A stretch of 63,377 nt of DNA, the filler included, from Octopus bimaculoides (Eukaryota): NCBI RefSeq assembly GCF_001194135.2. It is 5 parts of 5 records of this genome, joined end to end, with 100 filler letters (N's around TTAATTAATTAA, not from the genome) between each part and the next. Parts side by side here need not be neighbours in the genome. Positions count along the whole stretch, not along the records: positions 6,662 to 17,394 come from NC_068985.1; positions 17,495 to 25,453 come from NC_068982.1; positions 25,554 to 52,042 come from NC_068983.1; 2 more parts are not named here. One strand, given 5' to 3'. Positions 13,082 to 26,573 of the stretch are shown piece after piece (positions within the stretch are counted from its first letter, which is position 1; each line of letters starts with the position of its first letter). The translations under genes and the position numbers were made by a program. The notes under the pieces were generated by a model. It ran no database searches. It had not been told where the DNA came from and was given only the letters and a program-made list of their open reading frames with translations.

Positions 13082-13420
13082 TATAGCAATAAGAAAATGG
13101 AGGGGAATAGGTGGTATTCATCAACTTGCAGACATTATATTGTGTCAATTTACCTGTTTATTTGTTTACTAAAATGACAATAATAACAACATACAAACAC
13201 ATGCGACGTATTATGTCATATCAGTAATTAAAAAAGGACATTTAGTGACAGATCACTAGATGTCCTTTTTTAATTACTGATATGACGTAATATGTCGCAT
13301 GTGTTTGTATATTGTTATCATTGTCCTTTTAGTAAACAAATAAACAGGTAAATTGACACAATATAATGTCTGCAAGTTGATGAATACCACCTATTCACCT
13401 CCATTTTCTTATTGCTCTAT
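13082..13420. repeat. Near-perfect fold-back palindrome (~165-bp arms, 4-nt loop)
   Basis: The left arm agcaataagaaaatggagg...ggacatttagtga pairs with the right arm tcactagatgtcc...cctccattttcttattgct; loop caga at 13249-13252; TA-rich flanks. Confidence 0.92.
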
Positions 13421-14159
13421 ATATATGCAACGTGAAGTCGAGGGTCACCAATTTGTAACGGTCGAGGTTACCAGTTGTAAGCGATGAAAGATTTGTTTTT
13501 GTAACGGCATGTTGAAGGGTGTGAAAGATAGACTATGTTTGAAGTCTTAAGAAAATATTTTATTTAACCGTTACATTGAATATATTATCTTGCCTCGACG
13601 GGCAGGTGATAAAAATCGTAAAGCATGCGAAGTAAAGATAGATGTAGATTTTCCCTGCATAGTTTGTGCTTGTGTTCTTGTCATCGTTTAGTAGTAATTG
13701 GAGAGAGAGATAGAATGATATTGTGAGAGAACATAATTAGAGCTAGTGAGAGTGAGAGAGTGTGGGACGTTATCTTTCTTTTTCTCTCTGGCCGTTTTGT
13801 CTGCCTGCTTCCATGATTCTGGTGGTCGGTTCTCAACTCACGAGTTGTCACCAAAGTGACTAACTGTCTTTTGCTTGCAGGTTCTTACTTTTATAACTAC
13901 CCAAAAGGATAGACAAATTGTTGATATCAATGGGCTTCGTTAGTGGTACTGTGACATCTCTATTCTAGCTGTTGGTAAAGTAGAAGAGGTTATAAAGGTC
14001 AAGTGATGAAGACATTATTTCGGCCAAGCTAAAGGCAATCTGGCAAATGTAAAACTGCTGTCAGAGAAAAACAATTGTTCCACCATGGGAAAAGTTCTGT
14101 TGAACTGTTAATTTAAATTTGGCTATGGTGGATCGAATCCACTTCATGCTTGCAAGATC

Positions 14160-14191
<32 letters not shown>

Positions 14192-14192
14192 A

Positions 14193-14320
14193 CCGGAGTA
14201 ATCACATAAATGTGAAACAAGATCGAAAAAAGAGTACTCAAATGCCAGAGGTAGAGTAATATGCTTTATTAAAAGCAGCATAAATATCACAAAAACTGTT
14301 ACTCAGAGTTTCACGTTCCC
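14193..14320 (-). mobile_element. Probable Penelope-like pseudo-LTR relic with a half hammerhead
   Basis: Minus strand reads gggaacgt-GAAACTC-T-GAGTA-acag, then AATAAA, and ends at (TA)n. The CUGANGA half is missing. Confidence 0.4.
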
Positions 14321-14715
14321 TAAACACTATAAACCATTCGAAATATGCACAGTATATTGCATACTAGGTGTGCTGCATATGATATATTAGATATATGCTT
14401 GAGTGTTTGTGCATGTACACACATGTATCGTATATATGTGTGTGCGCGCACGGTGTGTGTATGAATGTTTACAATGTAATTTAATTTGTTATTTCAGTTG
14501 TACATAAAACTATAAAGAAGACTCGCGTTATAGTCATTTTCATTTGATTTCATTTGGTTGGACTCTACAGTTGTGTAGGTTACTGAGTAAATATAGAAAG
14601 CAAAGCAAAACAGATTTCGCAAAATATTTAGTTACTAAAAATGGCAATTCTCTTTTCCCCCTTCCCCTTCTCTCTCTCGCTCTCTTTCTTTCTATCTCTC
14701 TCTCTCTCTCTCTCT

Positions 14716-14756
<41 letters not shown>

Positions 14757-14789
14757 GCTCTTACTTACATTATGTCATCTATATGCCCC

Positions 14790-15700
14790 GGGATTCGGTT
14801 TTATTCTCCATAAACACTTCCACTGACCTACCTGATGTCACCTTCGGCAACACTGACTTTTCATTTCTGTACCTAAGTATCATCTACGTGCAGCGTTGAT
14901 ACTTGACATCAAACCTGCTTTGACTATAAGAACGGAGCTTCAAAAGTATCCTTCAATCTGGTCGTACCAATCTTGTTCCCTTCGCCAGCAAAAAGCCACA
15001 ATCACTATACATATCGATAAACCTTATGGTACTTCACAACACTTAAACGTGAGCAAAGCCAGCAAAGGCTTAACATCCGCTCCAAATAATAGACCCCCAC
15101 CATCAGTGAGGATCTTTCCTGTTGAACCTATATCTCAAACACCACTGACCCTTCTTTTCAGAGCCAAAAGTACTTAATCCCCTACAAAACACAGGACTGA
15201 GCATTGTAGGGGAAAATATTCAATACAAAGCTTAGATGTGGCATGCAAAAGAGTTCTATTACTACATCTGGGGGAGCACAAAAACATCTTACACTGCATT
15301 CAGTGAAAGACTGTTACCTTTGAATTAACCTGAAGTCAGTCACAAATACACTCCAACCGCTGTTCTTCGTACATGTTGTAACCTCTCTTTGCCTTTTCTA
15401 CCAATACTGCAATGGCCTCTGCACCACGATCATTCTCAACTCATTCGTCTCTTCACCTTTCGTACTATGTTCAACTCCTAGGGTCTGCACAGTTTTCTTT
15501 CTAAAACCCTACAGAGTTTTCTTGCCAAAATTCCGAGTCTCTTTAATTCCTACTCTGCACACGTCTTTCTTACAAAAAGCCACTTTCAACAGCTTAAGCA
15601 GAACATTGATGTTAACGGCATCAATCTCGTTAGTATGGGATAGCCTGTGAACGCTGTGGATCATAGCCTCCTCCTCTTCCAGTCCAACCTTATAACAAAA
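14790..15700 (-). mobile_element. Possible very old Tx1/L1-like ORF2 C-terminal remnant
   Basis: Minus-strand CRGHCSIGRKGKERLQHV resembles the CxxC..E..H tail of the element at 51210; ends near tttatggagaataaaa. Heavily decayed. Confidence 0.3.
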
Positions 15701-16274
15701 AAAAACAGTTTGGTTGTAATGTTACTATCGTGCAGAAAATAAAATTTCAAAGAATGGAGGAAATAGCTCTCTAATGAAATCTCACTGTTCAGCTGGAGTC
15801 TTCTTTGTTTTTAGTGGCAGAAGGGAGGAGGGAACCGAAAGAGGCGTCCAATTCACTTCAAAGACTCAATGAAGGGAAAACATGATCAGGAATAAAATCA
15901 ATATTCCCCTCTTAATAATTATTACATTCAGGAAATATTAATATTGCCAAAATATTTCTAAAACAAAAACTCTCATCAACAATAATAATAGTAGTTCTTT
16001 GAAGAGTATCTTTTATAAACGGAATGGTGTAAATGACTTCATGAAGGAAGGAAGAAGTTATGTCTGGATCAGTAAACAGAGGTGGATTTCAATGGTGAGC
16101 TAATGGAACATGGAGTGATGGAGTAGAGGAATGGACGGGCAGTTCTAGCAATTTTCACCCAACCTAAATCTTAACCAGAATCTCTTAAATGAGGTTGGTC
16201 ACAGTTTATTCTCTCCCTCTCTTTTTTTCTTTCTCTCTTTCGTTCTTTCTCTCTCTCTCTCTTTCTCTCATTCT

Positions 16275-16321
<47 letters not shown>

Positions 16322-17916
16322 TCTCTCTTATTCAGTCTCTTATTCTCTCTTTCACACTCTCTATCTATCTCCCCTTCTGTTTCCCTCCGTCTCTTTCTTT
16401 CTGTCACTTCATATTTCACTCTCTCACACTATCTTTTCTCTCTCTCCCTCTTTTTCTCCCCCCCCCTCTCTCTCTGTTGGCACACCAACATTTACTTCTC
16501 ACAAAGCAACGAAATATCTTTTAAGTTCTTGATTAACCTGCAAGAAATAGCAGCCTAATCTTATGTATTTAAAAAGGGAGTTCACGTTAGAAAATGTAAT
16601 CCTAGATATCCAAGCAACTCAGGATAGCCATGGTGGGACACCTTTGATTATAAGGTTTATCGTTCAGAGCCGCCTTAAAGCCAAGCAGTAACATCATCAT
16701 CAACAACAACAATCACATCTCTGGATTTATTTTCTACATCACATATCAAAGCATTCAGTGGTTGATTGAGGGTGAACACATAGATGAGTGGTTAAGGTAT
16801 TCGCAGTAGTCACCATGTCGCAGGTTCAAATCCACTGCATGACATCTTGTGTAGTTGTCTCTTGTCATTCAATCCTTGACACATTTTTTGGAACTGTCTA
16901 TAGATCAATGTTACATGCTTATATCACACTGATTCGGCCTGAGGACTACGTAACGGGTACACTTGTCTAAGTCACATTACCCATGAGTTATTCTTTTCAT
17001 CGAACAACTTACTCATCGTAGAAACCGATGATGCATCTATCCACATTAATTATACTTAACTTTCAATTGCAGTGACACATTTCTGTTTATGAATCACTTA
17101 CCAACCCGTAGTCGGTATTTTCTTACTTTTAACTTTTACTTTTTTCTCATTTGATTTAAGCCATACTTGAGCATCGCGTTGAAAGGCATTTCGTCCAACA
17201 GACTGACCTTGGCATCTGTTTTCTTTTTTTAAGTACTTATTCTATCGCTTGCTTTTGCCAAACTGATAGTTTACGGATACATAAACAGACCAGCACCGGC
17301 GGGGACAAACATAAACACAAACACACACACACACACATCCACACGAAAAAAGGTAATTACATATGTGAGAATGTATATATATATATATATATATNNNNNN
17401 NNNNNNNNNNNNNNNNNNNNNNNNNNNNNNNNNNNNNNTTAATTAATTAANNNNNNNNNNNNNNNNNNNNNNNNNNNNNNNNNNNNNNNNNNNNTTCCCA
17501 ACCACATGGTTCCGGGTTCAGTCCCACAGCGCGGCGTCTTCTACTATAGCCACGAGCCTTGTGAGTGGATTTGATAGACGGAGATTTAAAAAAGACTACA
17601 AATGACCATGGGATTGCACTAAGAGGTTCCCCTTCGAGGCATAAGCCCGGGCAATGCTGTTTTGTGGAAGACCAGCCCGTGCATACTAGTCTCCTCGCCC
17701 CAAAGCTTGGCACCAGTGACGTTGCAACTCATTTCTACAGCTGAGTAAACTGGAACAAGGTGAAGTAAAGACAGGAGCACAACACAGCACGGTCCGCTAA
17801 TCGAACTCACAACCCCATGATTGTAAGTCCGATGTCCTAACCACTGAGCCATGCACCTTTGTGACGTATGCGCACATAAATACACATATGTTTACATATA
17901 TGTGAATACACACTTA

Positions 17917-18018
<102 letters not shown>

Positions 18019-18468
18019 CGAAGCCTTAATTATCGCTATTAATTATTTTCTAATGAGCCTACTGGCTATTTGCAGCATCTGTGTCTGAATAGATACTAAT
18101 ATTCGTAGACGGGAGATTCGGCTGTTATGACACGACCGGATGTGTGTCACTGAAGAGCTCAAAACTGCGAAATTACGTGATCTCGCAGTTCCGGTGGCTC
18201 AGCAGATGGTTCTCGTCTGTCAACAATATAAATAAGAATGCTTTTATATACCACGAGTCCATATGAGAAGTCTTCTTAAGGTAAATAACGCAGTTGTATG
18301 TATGTGTGTATATATANNNNNNNNNNNNNNNNNNNNNNNNNNNNNNNNNNNNNNNNNNNNNNNNNNNNNNNNNNNNNNNNNNNNNNNNNNNNNNNNNNNN
18401 NNNNNNTATATATATACACACACATACATAAATATATGTATACATATGCGTACGTGCATACATATATA

Positions 18469-19375
18469 TATTAGGTTATTTCATATAAAATGTCGTATTT
18501 GAAAGGTAACAATAAAATGTTTCAGAAGTGTTAGAGAATTGATTTATTTAACCGAAGTGTGATCCATGTTCATTTATGACGCTTACCCAGAGTTTCTCAA
18601 TGTCATATATTCCATCTTAAAAAAAATTCATCTTTCGCTGTGATAAACTCTCCGAATGCTTCAATTACCTGAGAAGCTCAAAATGTTTAAATAAGTGATG
18701 ATCAGTAGGAGAGATATCAGGAGAATTGGGAGGATGTTGCAAAATTTCATAATTCAGGCTTTGCAACTTTTGGACTGTAGCTTGAGGAGTGTGAGGACGT
18801 GAATTGTCGTGAAGCAAAATTGGGCCATTTCTATTCACTAGTCTGGGTTGTTTCTTCTTCAAATTCTCATGCATACAATCAATTTCCTGGCAATACGATG
18901 TTGCTGTTACTGTTTTTCCTTGTTGCAAAAATGAATAATAAATAACTCCCTTCGCAGACCACCATACAGTGACTACTAACTTTTCAGGGTGTAATGATGG
19001 GTGTGGGTAAATTTTAGGTGACTCTCCTGCATCTAATCATTGTCCTGTTCTCTTGCTGTTATCAAAGAGTATCCATTTCTCATCACAAGTAAATGAACTC
19101 AAGCAAAAATGGTCTTTCTCCAGTCGAGAAAGCAATAAGGAGCACACTTCGAGGCGTCTGTTTTTTTGAAATTCGTTCAGTTGATGTGGAACAAACCTAT
19201 CCGTTTTCTTGAGTTTTCCAATTTTTTACAGGTGTTCAAAAATAGTTGTGCGAGATGTTTGGAGTTCTGATGAAAGTTTTCGAACCTTTGTTCTCGGATT
19301 TTGTTGAACCAAAGCATTTAATCCATCGCGCTGAATAACTGATTTTGGCCTACCCTTTGGTTTACTTTCAAGGCT
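18469..19375 (-). mobile_element. Mariner (DD34D-type) transposase remnant
   Basis: ORF 18665-18928 contains ILLHDNSRPH and LQHPPNSPDISPTDHHLF; putative TIR tattaggttatttcata at the left end. Confidence 0.85.
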
Positions 19376-19612
19376 ATCATCTCCTGAACAGATTTTTGGT
19401 GGGGTCCACGCAACAAAATAATAAATTGGAGATCCACTAAGGTCCCCTGAAACAATTCTATTCTAGATGTATGTTTTGATATGGATGCATGTATGTTTCA
19501 CATAGTTCAACCTTCACAAGTTGATGTGTGAATAACAAAATTGGAATTTTGTACATGTATATATGTATATACCTATCCATATGTATATACCTATATACAT
19601 ATATATATGTGC

Positions 19613-19643
<31 letters not shown>

Positions 19644-19645
19644 CG

Positions 19646-19711
<66 letters not shown>

Positions 19712-19980
19712 CATATATATATATGTATATACATACATACATACATACGTACGTACATACATACGTACGTACATACATACATACATACATACATACGCAT
19801 ACGTATACGTATATATTCATCTAGTGCAATTTTAACTTTCAATTGCGTGACAAATAACCAGTAATTAGAAATTCTCTGTGTATCCCCGTTCGCGTTATTG
19901 TATTTATATCACTTGTTATGAGTAATCCGGGTTTTGCGTGTTTCACAGAATAGAAAGTAAACATGAGACATTGTTTTTGT

Positions 19981-20262
19981 GGTATTTGGTTACACCATCT
20001 TACATTTCATTAACGCAAGATGATTACTTGTTACATAACGTACTTTACATAATTAAGAAATACTGTTAGATCATATGTAGCATTACTAGTTTGTAGAAAG
20101 GTTGAACGAATCAACCTCGGGGAGACAATTCAATATTGATGCCCATAAAAGTGACACGTCTCTGACGACTACACAATAAATCTTGATTATGTAATTTGCA
20201 ATATGTAAATAATCATCAATGTGTGTTACTGAAACCTACGTAAGATAGTGTAACCAGGTATC
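19981..20262. repeat. Diverged inverted repeat (~90-bp arms, ~110-bp spacer)
   Basis: tggttacaccatcttac...ttacataattaaga pairs with tcttgattatgtaa...gtaagatagtgtaacca. Confidence 0.6.
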
Positions 20263-20281
20263 TTATAGGCAACCTCTCATG

Positions 20282-20320
<39 letters not shown>

Positions 20321-20326
<6 letters not shown>

Positions 20327-20570
20327 ACAAAGTATAATAATGGTCAATGCCTATTTTTCCTTTATTTGAGTAAATTTGGCTTACAGCTGTTTCCAATAGT
20401 CATTATAGGTTACTGGTAGGTTTCCTCAATTGGTCTATTGATCAGCTGAGAAAAATTGAATGACCTGTCAGTAATGAGCCTATAATGACAACTGGAAACT
20501 GTTGTAAGCCGAATTTACTCTAATAAAGGAAAAATATATAATGACCATTATTTATACCTTGTTTTGTATA
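20321..20570. repeat. Diverged palindrome inserted at (TA)n
   Basis: Arms ~100 bp pair (tataataatggtca...ggcttacagctgtttcca with tggaaactgttgtaagcc...tgaccattatttata). Confidence 0.85.
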
Positions 20571-20963
20571 TCACTTTGTGTAAAAACAAGTATAACTCGA
20601 ACACAACCATAGAATGATGATGAACCATAACCTCAGACCCAGCCACAAGTATAGTTGAAGTCCTTTACTAATCTAAACAATATTGTTAGTTTGGTAAGGC
20701 GGTGAGCTGGCACGGCGGGCTAAATACTTAGCAGTGTTTCATCTGTCTTTGCGTTCTGAGTTCAAATTCTGCCGAGGTCGACTTTGCCATTCATCCTTTC
20801 GGGTCGATAAATTAAATACCAGTTGCGTACTGGGGTCGATCTAATCGACTGGGTCCCTTCTCAAAAAATTTCGGGCCTTGTGCCTATAGTAGAAAAGAAT
20901 ATTGTTAGCCTGGTGTACCGACAGAGAGCTTATGAAGTATTTTGCTCCTCACTAATAACACTG

Positions 20964-21067
<104 letters not shown>

Positions 21068-21111
21068 GGTGTTCGGACTAAATTTGACAGTTTACGTTGA
21101 AGAAAAAGAAA

Positions 21112-21690
21112 GCACAATATCCCATCCAAAATTAAAAGTATTTTTAAAATATCAAATCACACCAACTAGATTATAGCTGGGAGATTATAGTTTACTCCAA
21201 GTAGCTGCTCTTAGCTTCCACCAAGGCCTCAAGACGGTTCCGGAACCTGGCGCATGCGTTCCTTACAGTGTCCCTGGCAAGACCTTCGAACACCTCCTTG
21301 ACCTTGGCCACCAGCACCGCTTTGGTGTTGCAGGCAGAGCGGTTGATGTCTTTCTGAAACGCACCCCACACATAGTAATCTATGAGATTACAATCGGGTG
21401 GAGTGCGGGTAGGAGGTTAAGAGGCCAGAGACTGGGGTTGATGATGTAGAAATTCTCCGACAACCACTTCTGACTCTTTTCCTGCTACACATATGACCTT
21501 CCTGCAGCAACTCTCTTCACTTGGGGTTTGATCACAGTCCCCAACAACTTCACATAGCCGTCTGAATTGAGCCGAAGGCCCTGTTCAAAGATATGCGGCG
21601 GCATGACGTCACCTTCCGTGGAGACAGCCCAAGACATTCATAGTTTGTGGGAGCGGGGATTTTGTTTTTATGATGTCTTCGTCATGTCTT
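21112..21690 (-). mobile_element. Tc1/mariner maT-like (DD37D) transposase 3' remnant
   Basis: Minus-strand VSTEGDVMPPHIFEQGLRLNSDGYVKLLGTVIKP...PDCNLIDYYVWGAFQKDINRSACNTKAVLVAKVKEVFEGLARDTVRNACARFRNRLEALVEAKSSYLE*. Confidence 0.8.
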
Positions 21691-22075
21691 AAAGCCTTTG
21701 CAGAGCATTGTGCCACGGTCATGATGTTGGCATCTTGCTAATCTGGCGCGAATGGTCATGATATAGGTAATTTTTCCAGTCCTCCACGTATACTAAGTTT
21801 TCTCAACAAAAATTTATTCTTCATGCTCTTCAACGCTTTTTAGCAAAACATCAAGCCGTTACTGAAAGAAAGAACACATAGATAATAATCAACTAGATTA
21901 TAGCCAGATTATAGTTCAATTTAGCCCGAACATACATATATACATACATATATACATACATATATATATAAATGTATACACACACACACGTACACACACA
22001 CATACACACACACATACACACATATATATATATGCATACATATACACGTGTTTGTGTAGAGGATTAACATATAAA

Positions 22076-22143
<68 letters not shown>

Positions 22144-22414
22144 TAATAGTTATCGCCTAGCTAACATGGCAGTCCAGAAAAATAAGACGATTATATATAT
22201 ATTCTTTATTCTTTATCTTGTTTTATTCATTTGACTGTGGTCATGCTGGAGCACCACCTTTAGCCGAACAAATCGTTCCCAGGACTTATTCTTTGTAAGT
22301 CTAGTACTTGTTTTATCGCTACCTTTTGCCGAACCGCTAAGTTACGGAGGACGTAAACACACCAGCATCAATTGTCAAGCGATGGTGGGTGGAAAACACA
22401 GACACACAAACATA

Positions 22415-22462
<48 letters not shown>

Positions 22463-23383
22463 NNNNNNNNNNNNNNNNNNNNNNNNNNNNNNNNNNNNNN
22501 NNNNNNNNNNNNNNNNNNNNNNNNNNNNNNNNNNNNNNNNNNNNNNNNNNNNNNNNNNNNNNNNNNNNNNNNNNNNNNNNNNNNNNNNNNNNNNNNNNNN
22601 NNNNNNNNNNNNNNNNNNNNNNNNNNNNNNNNNNNNNNNNNNNNNNNNNNNNNNNNNNNNNNNNNNNNNNNNNNNNNNNNNNNNNNNNNNNNNNNNNNNN
22701 NNNNNNNNNNNNNNNNNNNNNNNNNNNNNNNNNNNNNNNNNNNNNNNNNNNNNNNNNNNNNNNNNNNNNNNNNNNNNNNNNNNNNNNNNNNNNNNNNNNN
22801 NNNNNNNNNNNNNNNNNNNNNNNNNNNNNNNNNNNNNNNNNNNNNNNNNNNNNNNNNNNNNNNNNNNNNNNNNNNNNNNNNNNNNNNNNNNNNNNNNNNN
22901 NNNNNNNNNNNNNNNNNNNNNNNNNNNNNNNNNNNNNNNNNNNNNNNNNNNNNNNNNNNNNNNNNNNNNNNNNNNNNNNNNNNNNNNNNNNNNNNNNNNN
23001 NNNNNNNNNNNNNNNNNNNNNNNNNNNNNNNNNNNNNNNNNNNNNNNNNNNNNNNNNNNNNNNNNNNNNNNNNNNNNNNNNNNNNNNNNNNNNNNNNNNN
23101 NNNNNNNNNNNNNNNNNNNNNNNNNNNNNNNNNNNNNNNNNNNNNNNNNNNNNNNNNNNNNNNNNNNNNNNNNNNNNNNNNNNNNNNNNNNNNNNNNNNN
23201 NNNNNNNNNNNNNNNNNNNNNNNNNNNNNNNNNNNNNNNNNNNNNNNNNNNNNNNNNNNNNNNNNNNNNNNNNNNNNNNNNNNNNNNNNNNNNNNNNNNN
23301 NNNNNNNNNNNNNNNNNNNNNNNNNNNNNNNNNNNNNNNNNNNNNNNNNNNNNNNNNNNNNNNNNNNNNNNNNNNNNNNNNNN

Positions 23384-23437
<54 letters not shown>

Positions 23438-23761
23438 GTGTTTGTGTGTGTTTGTATGTATACGCACGCATGTATCTGTGTATGTGTCTGTGTGTGTATA
23501 TATGTATGCATATGTATCAGCACAAGCATGCGCATATATATGCATACATATTGGCATAAACCCACACACATACACACACAGAAGTGATGTCGGAAGAAGC
23601 CGAAAATGATGAAATCTCCAGTCGGCAGATGATGGAGGGAGAGTCGTGCAGTGCAAGTTGTATACCATACACACACTCACGAACACACACACACACATGC
23701 ACACACGTACATGTATGCACGTATGCATGTATGTATGTATATATGCATGTATGTATGTATG

Positions 23762-23792
<31 letters not shown>

Positions 23793-25065
23793 TGTGTTTC
23801 TGCAAGTGCACGAATTTATTATGAATGTAAAGAGAATTTCGCTTAGTCAACTTTGGGAATATTGCTACAACAACAACAGCAACAACAACAACAACAACAA
23901 CAACAAAGACGACGACGATGACGACGACGACGATGACAAAAGCAACAACAACAACGTCATAAACAATATTTCTAGTGAGAGTCATTAAGTCGTTTCGCTT
24001 GATAAAGTGCACGGCTACCCGAAATCCTGGCTGTTGATTGGTCAATAATTCGGTAACTCCTCCTAGTTCCGAATTCTTCTCGGTTTTTATTCCTCATCGT
24101 TCCTCCGAGATTCTTACTACCATTTCAGTTGTCCATTTAGTTTGTCATCGCCGCCGTTGTTATTATTGTTGTGACTGTTATTATTATTCTTGTCTTTGTT
24201 GTTGTAGCTGTTGTTGCTGTTGTTATTAGTATTGTTGTTACTGTTATTATTCTTGTCGTAGTCGTTGTTCTCGTTATTCTCGTTGTTTTTTTTTTACTGT
24301 CGTTGTTCTTATTCTATGGTTGTTATTCTTGTTATTGTCATTATTATTCCTGTTATTATTACTTCCATTAATAAGGCAGCGAGATGGCAGAATAGTTACC
24401 GCACTGGACGAACTGGTTTTTAATATTTTACCCGTCGCTACGTTCTGAGTTCAAATTCCGCCGAGATCGACTAGCCCCCCCCCCTTCCAAATTGCTTCCC
24501 TTGTAGCAAAATTTGAAGCAATTATTATTTTTGTTAATATTATTATTTGTCTTATTGCTGCTTATCTTGTAGTTATTCCAGTTGTAGTTGTTGCCGATGT
24601 TGCTGTTCTAGTTGTTATCGTGGCTGTTTTCCTTGTTATTTTTCCTGTTGTTATTGCTGTTATTCCTGTCGTCTTTGTTTCTGCTGTATTATTCTTGTTG
24701 CTAATTTTATTGTTATTTCTGCTGTTGTTATTCTTCTTATTGTTGTATTTGCTTCTTCATATTTCAGTCCAACTCAGTTTTTATAAATTCCTTCTTTCTC
24801 CTATTTTTCATTCTTCTATTCTCAAACTTTGATGTACTTCCATTAATTTTCGCTGAAATTATTTTTATAAATGCTTATTGTTATTTAATCAATTTTGTCA
24901 AATAATTGACAGAAACGTTAAAGTTTCTTCTATAGTTTGTGTTCAAATCTCGCCTGGAGCCAATTTACATTTCCTCCTTCTGGGTCGATAAAATGAAGGC
25001 CAACCAGTGAAGTTGTGAGTTCGATTAATTCGGCTGTATACCACTCCCAAACTTGTGCCAATGTT

Positions 25066-25110
25066 AATTCTTCTTCTTCTTCTTCTTCTTCTTCTTCTTC
25101 TCATTGTTGC

Positions 25111-25174
<64 letters not shown>

Positions 25175-25204
25175 GCTGCTGCTGCTGCTGCTGTTGTTGT
25201 TATT
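25066..25204. repeat. Compound (TTC)n-(TTG)n-(CTG)n microsatellite
   Basis: Direct reading of the sequence. Confidence 0.95.
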
Positions 25205-25554
25205 AGGGCGGCGAGCTGGCAGAATCGTTAGCACACCGTGCGAAATGCCTTTCATCCTTTCGGGGTCGATAAATTAAGTACCAGTGAAACAATGAGGTCG
25301 ATGTAATCGACTTATCCCCTACCCCCAAAATAGCTGTCCTTGTGGCAAAATTTGAAACCATAATTATTATTATTGTTATTATTATCAGGGCGGTGAGCTG
25401 GCAAAATCGTTAGCGCGCTGGACGAAACGCTTAGCGGTATTTCGCCCGTCGCTNNNNNNNNNNNNNNNNNNNNNNNNNNNNNNNNNNNNNNNNNNNNTTA
25501 ATTAATTAANNNNNNNNNNNNNNNNNNNNNNNNNNNNNNNNNNNNNNNNNNNNA

Positions 25555-26192
25555 TTGCTCGTGGACAAAGTGCACCTGGTGCGTTTCTGTTCAGGAGTCA
25601 AAACCCAAGTTCTTTTCTCAAAATGTTGTCTGCTCTTTCAGTTGAGATGCCCAGTCTCTCGGCTATCTGACGACATGATATTCGGTGATCTAGCATTATT
25701 ATACCAGGTGCAAGGTCAAGGTTGTCTTTGGTGGTTGCAGTTGGAGGACTCCCTGGCCTGGGACCATCTCCCGCACTCTCCCTGACACGTTTGAATTCAT
25801 TTACCCAGCGTTTGACTGTTGCAAATAAAGGAGCATTGTCTGTTAAGGTTCTCACCGTATCTTCATGGATTTCTGATGGAGTCATGCCTTTAAAATGAAG
25901 TTTTACTTTATGACAGCACAATATTCAGTTTTCTCCATTTTCCTTGTAAACTCGAAGCTTGTTTATCCAAAAATCTGCAAAAAAAAAAAAAATTAAAATA
26001 TCAGAATCATGAAAATGAGCAAGAATACTCCGAAAACACTGTATTTACCAGAAAAAANNNNNNNNNNNNNNNNNNNNNNNNNNNNNNNNNNNNNNNNNNN
26101 NNNNNNNNNNNNNNNNNNNNNNNNNNNNNNNNNNNNNNTGTTTTAGCAGCCTCGTTTCTAGGTTAGGCTCCAAACTTTTCATACACCCCTCG
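25555..26192 (-). mobile_element. Mariner 5' remnant (HTH region) with TIR
   Basis: MEKTEYCAVIK...GMTPSEIHED...TVKRWVNEFKR...RISCRQIAERLGIS; TIR aaacttttcatacacccctcg ends at 26192; broken by gaps. Confidence 0.85.
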
Positions 26193-26194
26193 TT

Positions 26195-26231
<37 letters not shown>

Positions 26232-26358
26232 GGGTTTAGTTTACAGGTGATCTAACCGACTAGGTACGCGGGGTTAGTGGTGTAATAGATTACCAGGACT
26301 GCAAGGTTATAGCCGAGACGGTAGTTATGGAATCATTGTAGATTTCCGATATAACGGA

Positions 26359-26573
26359 TATATAATTGTTAAAGAGAATAACAAACGTTAAGGCAAAACA
26401 AACATCTCCAGTCATATACGTTATTCTTAGTGGAAAAATTCAAAGTCTTACAGCTGTTTCTGGGATATCCCAGAAACAGCTGTAAGACTTTGAACTGTTC
26501 CACTAATAATAACGTAACGTATATGACTTGAGATGTTTGTCTTGCCTTAACGTTTGTTGTCCTCTTTAACAAT

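Noticed and set aside
13430-14160. Possible LTR relic (also 46790-47250)
   Set aside because: No paired LTR, PBS, PPT or gag/pol motif could be identified by eye.
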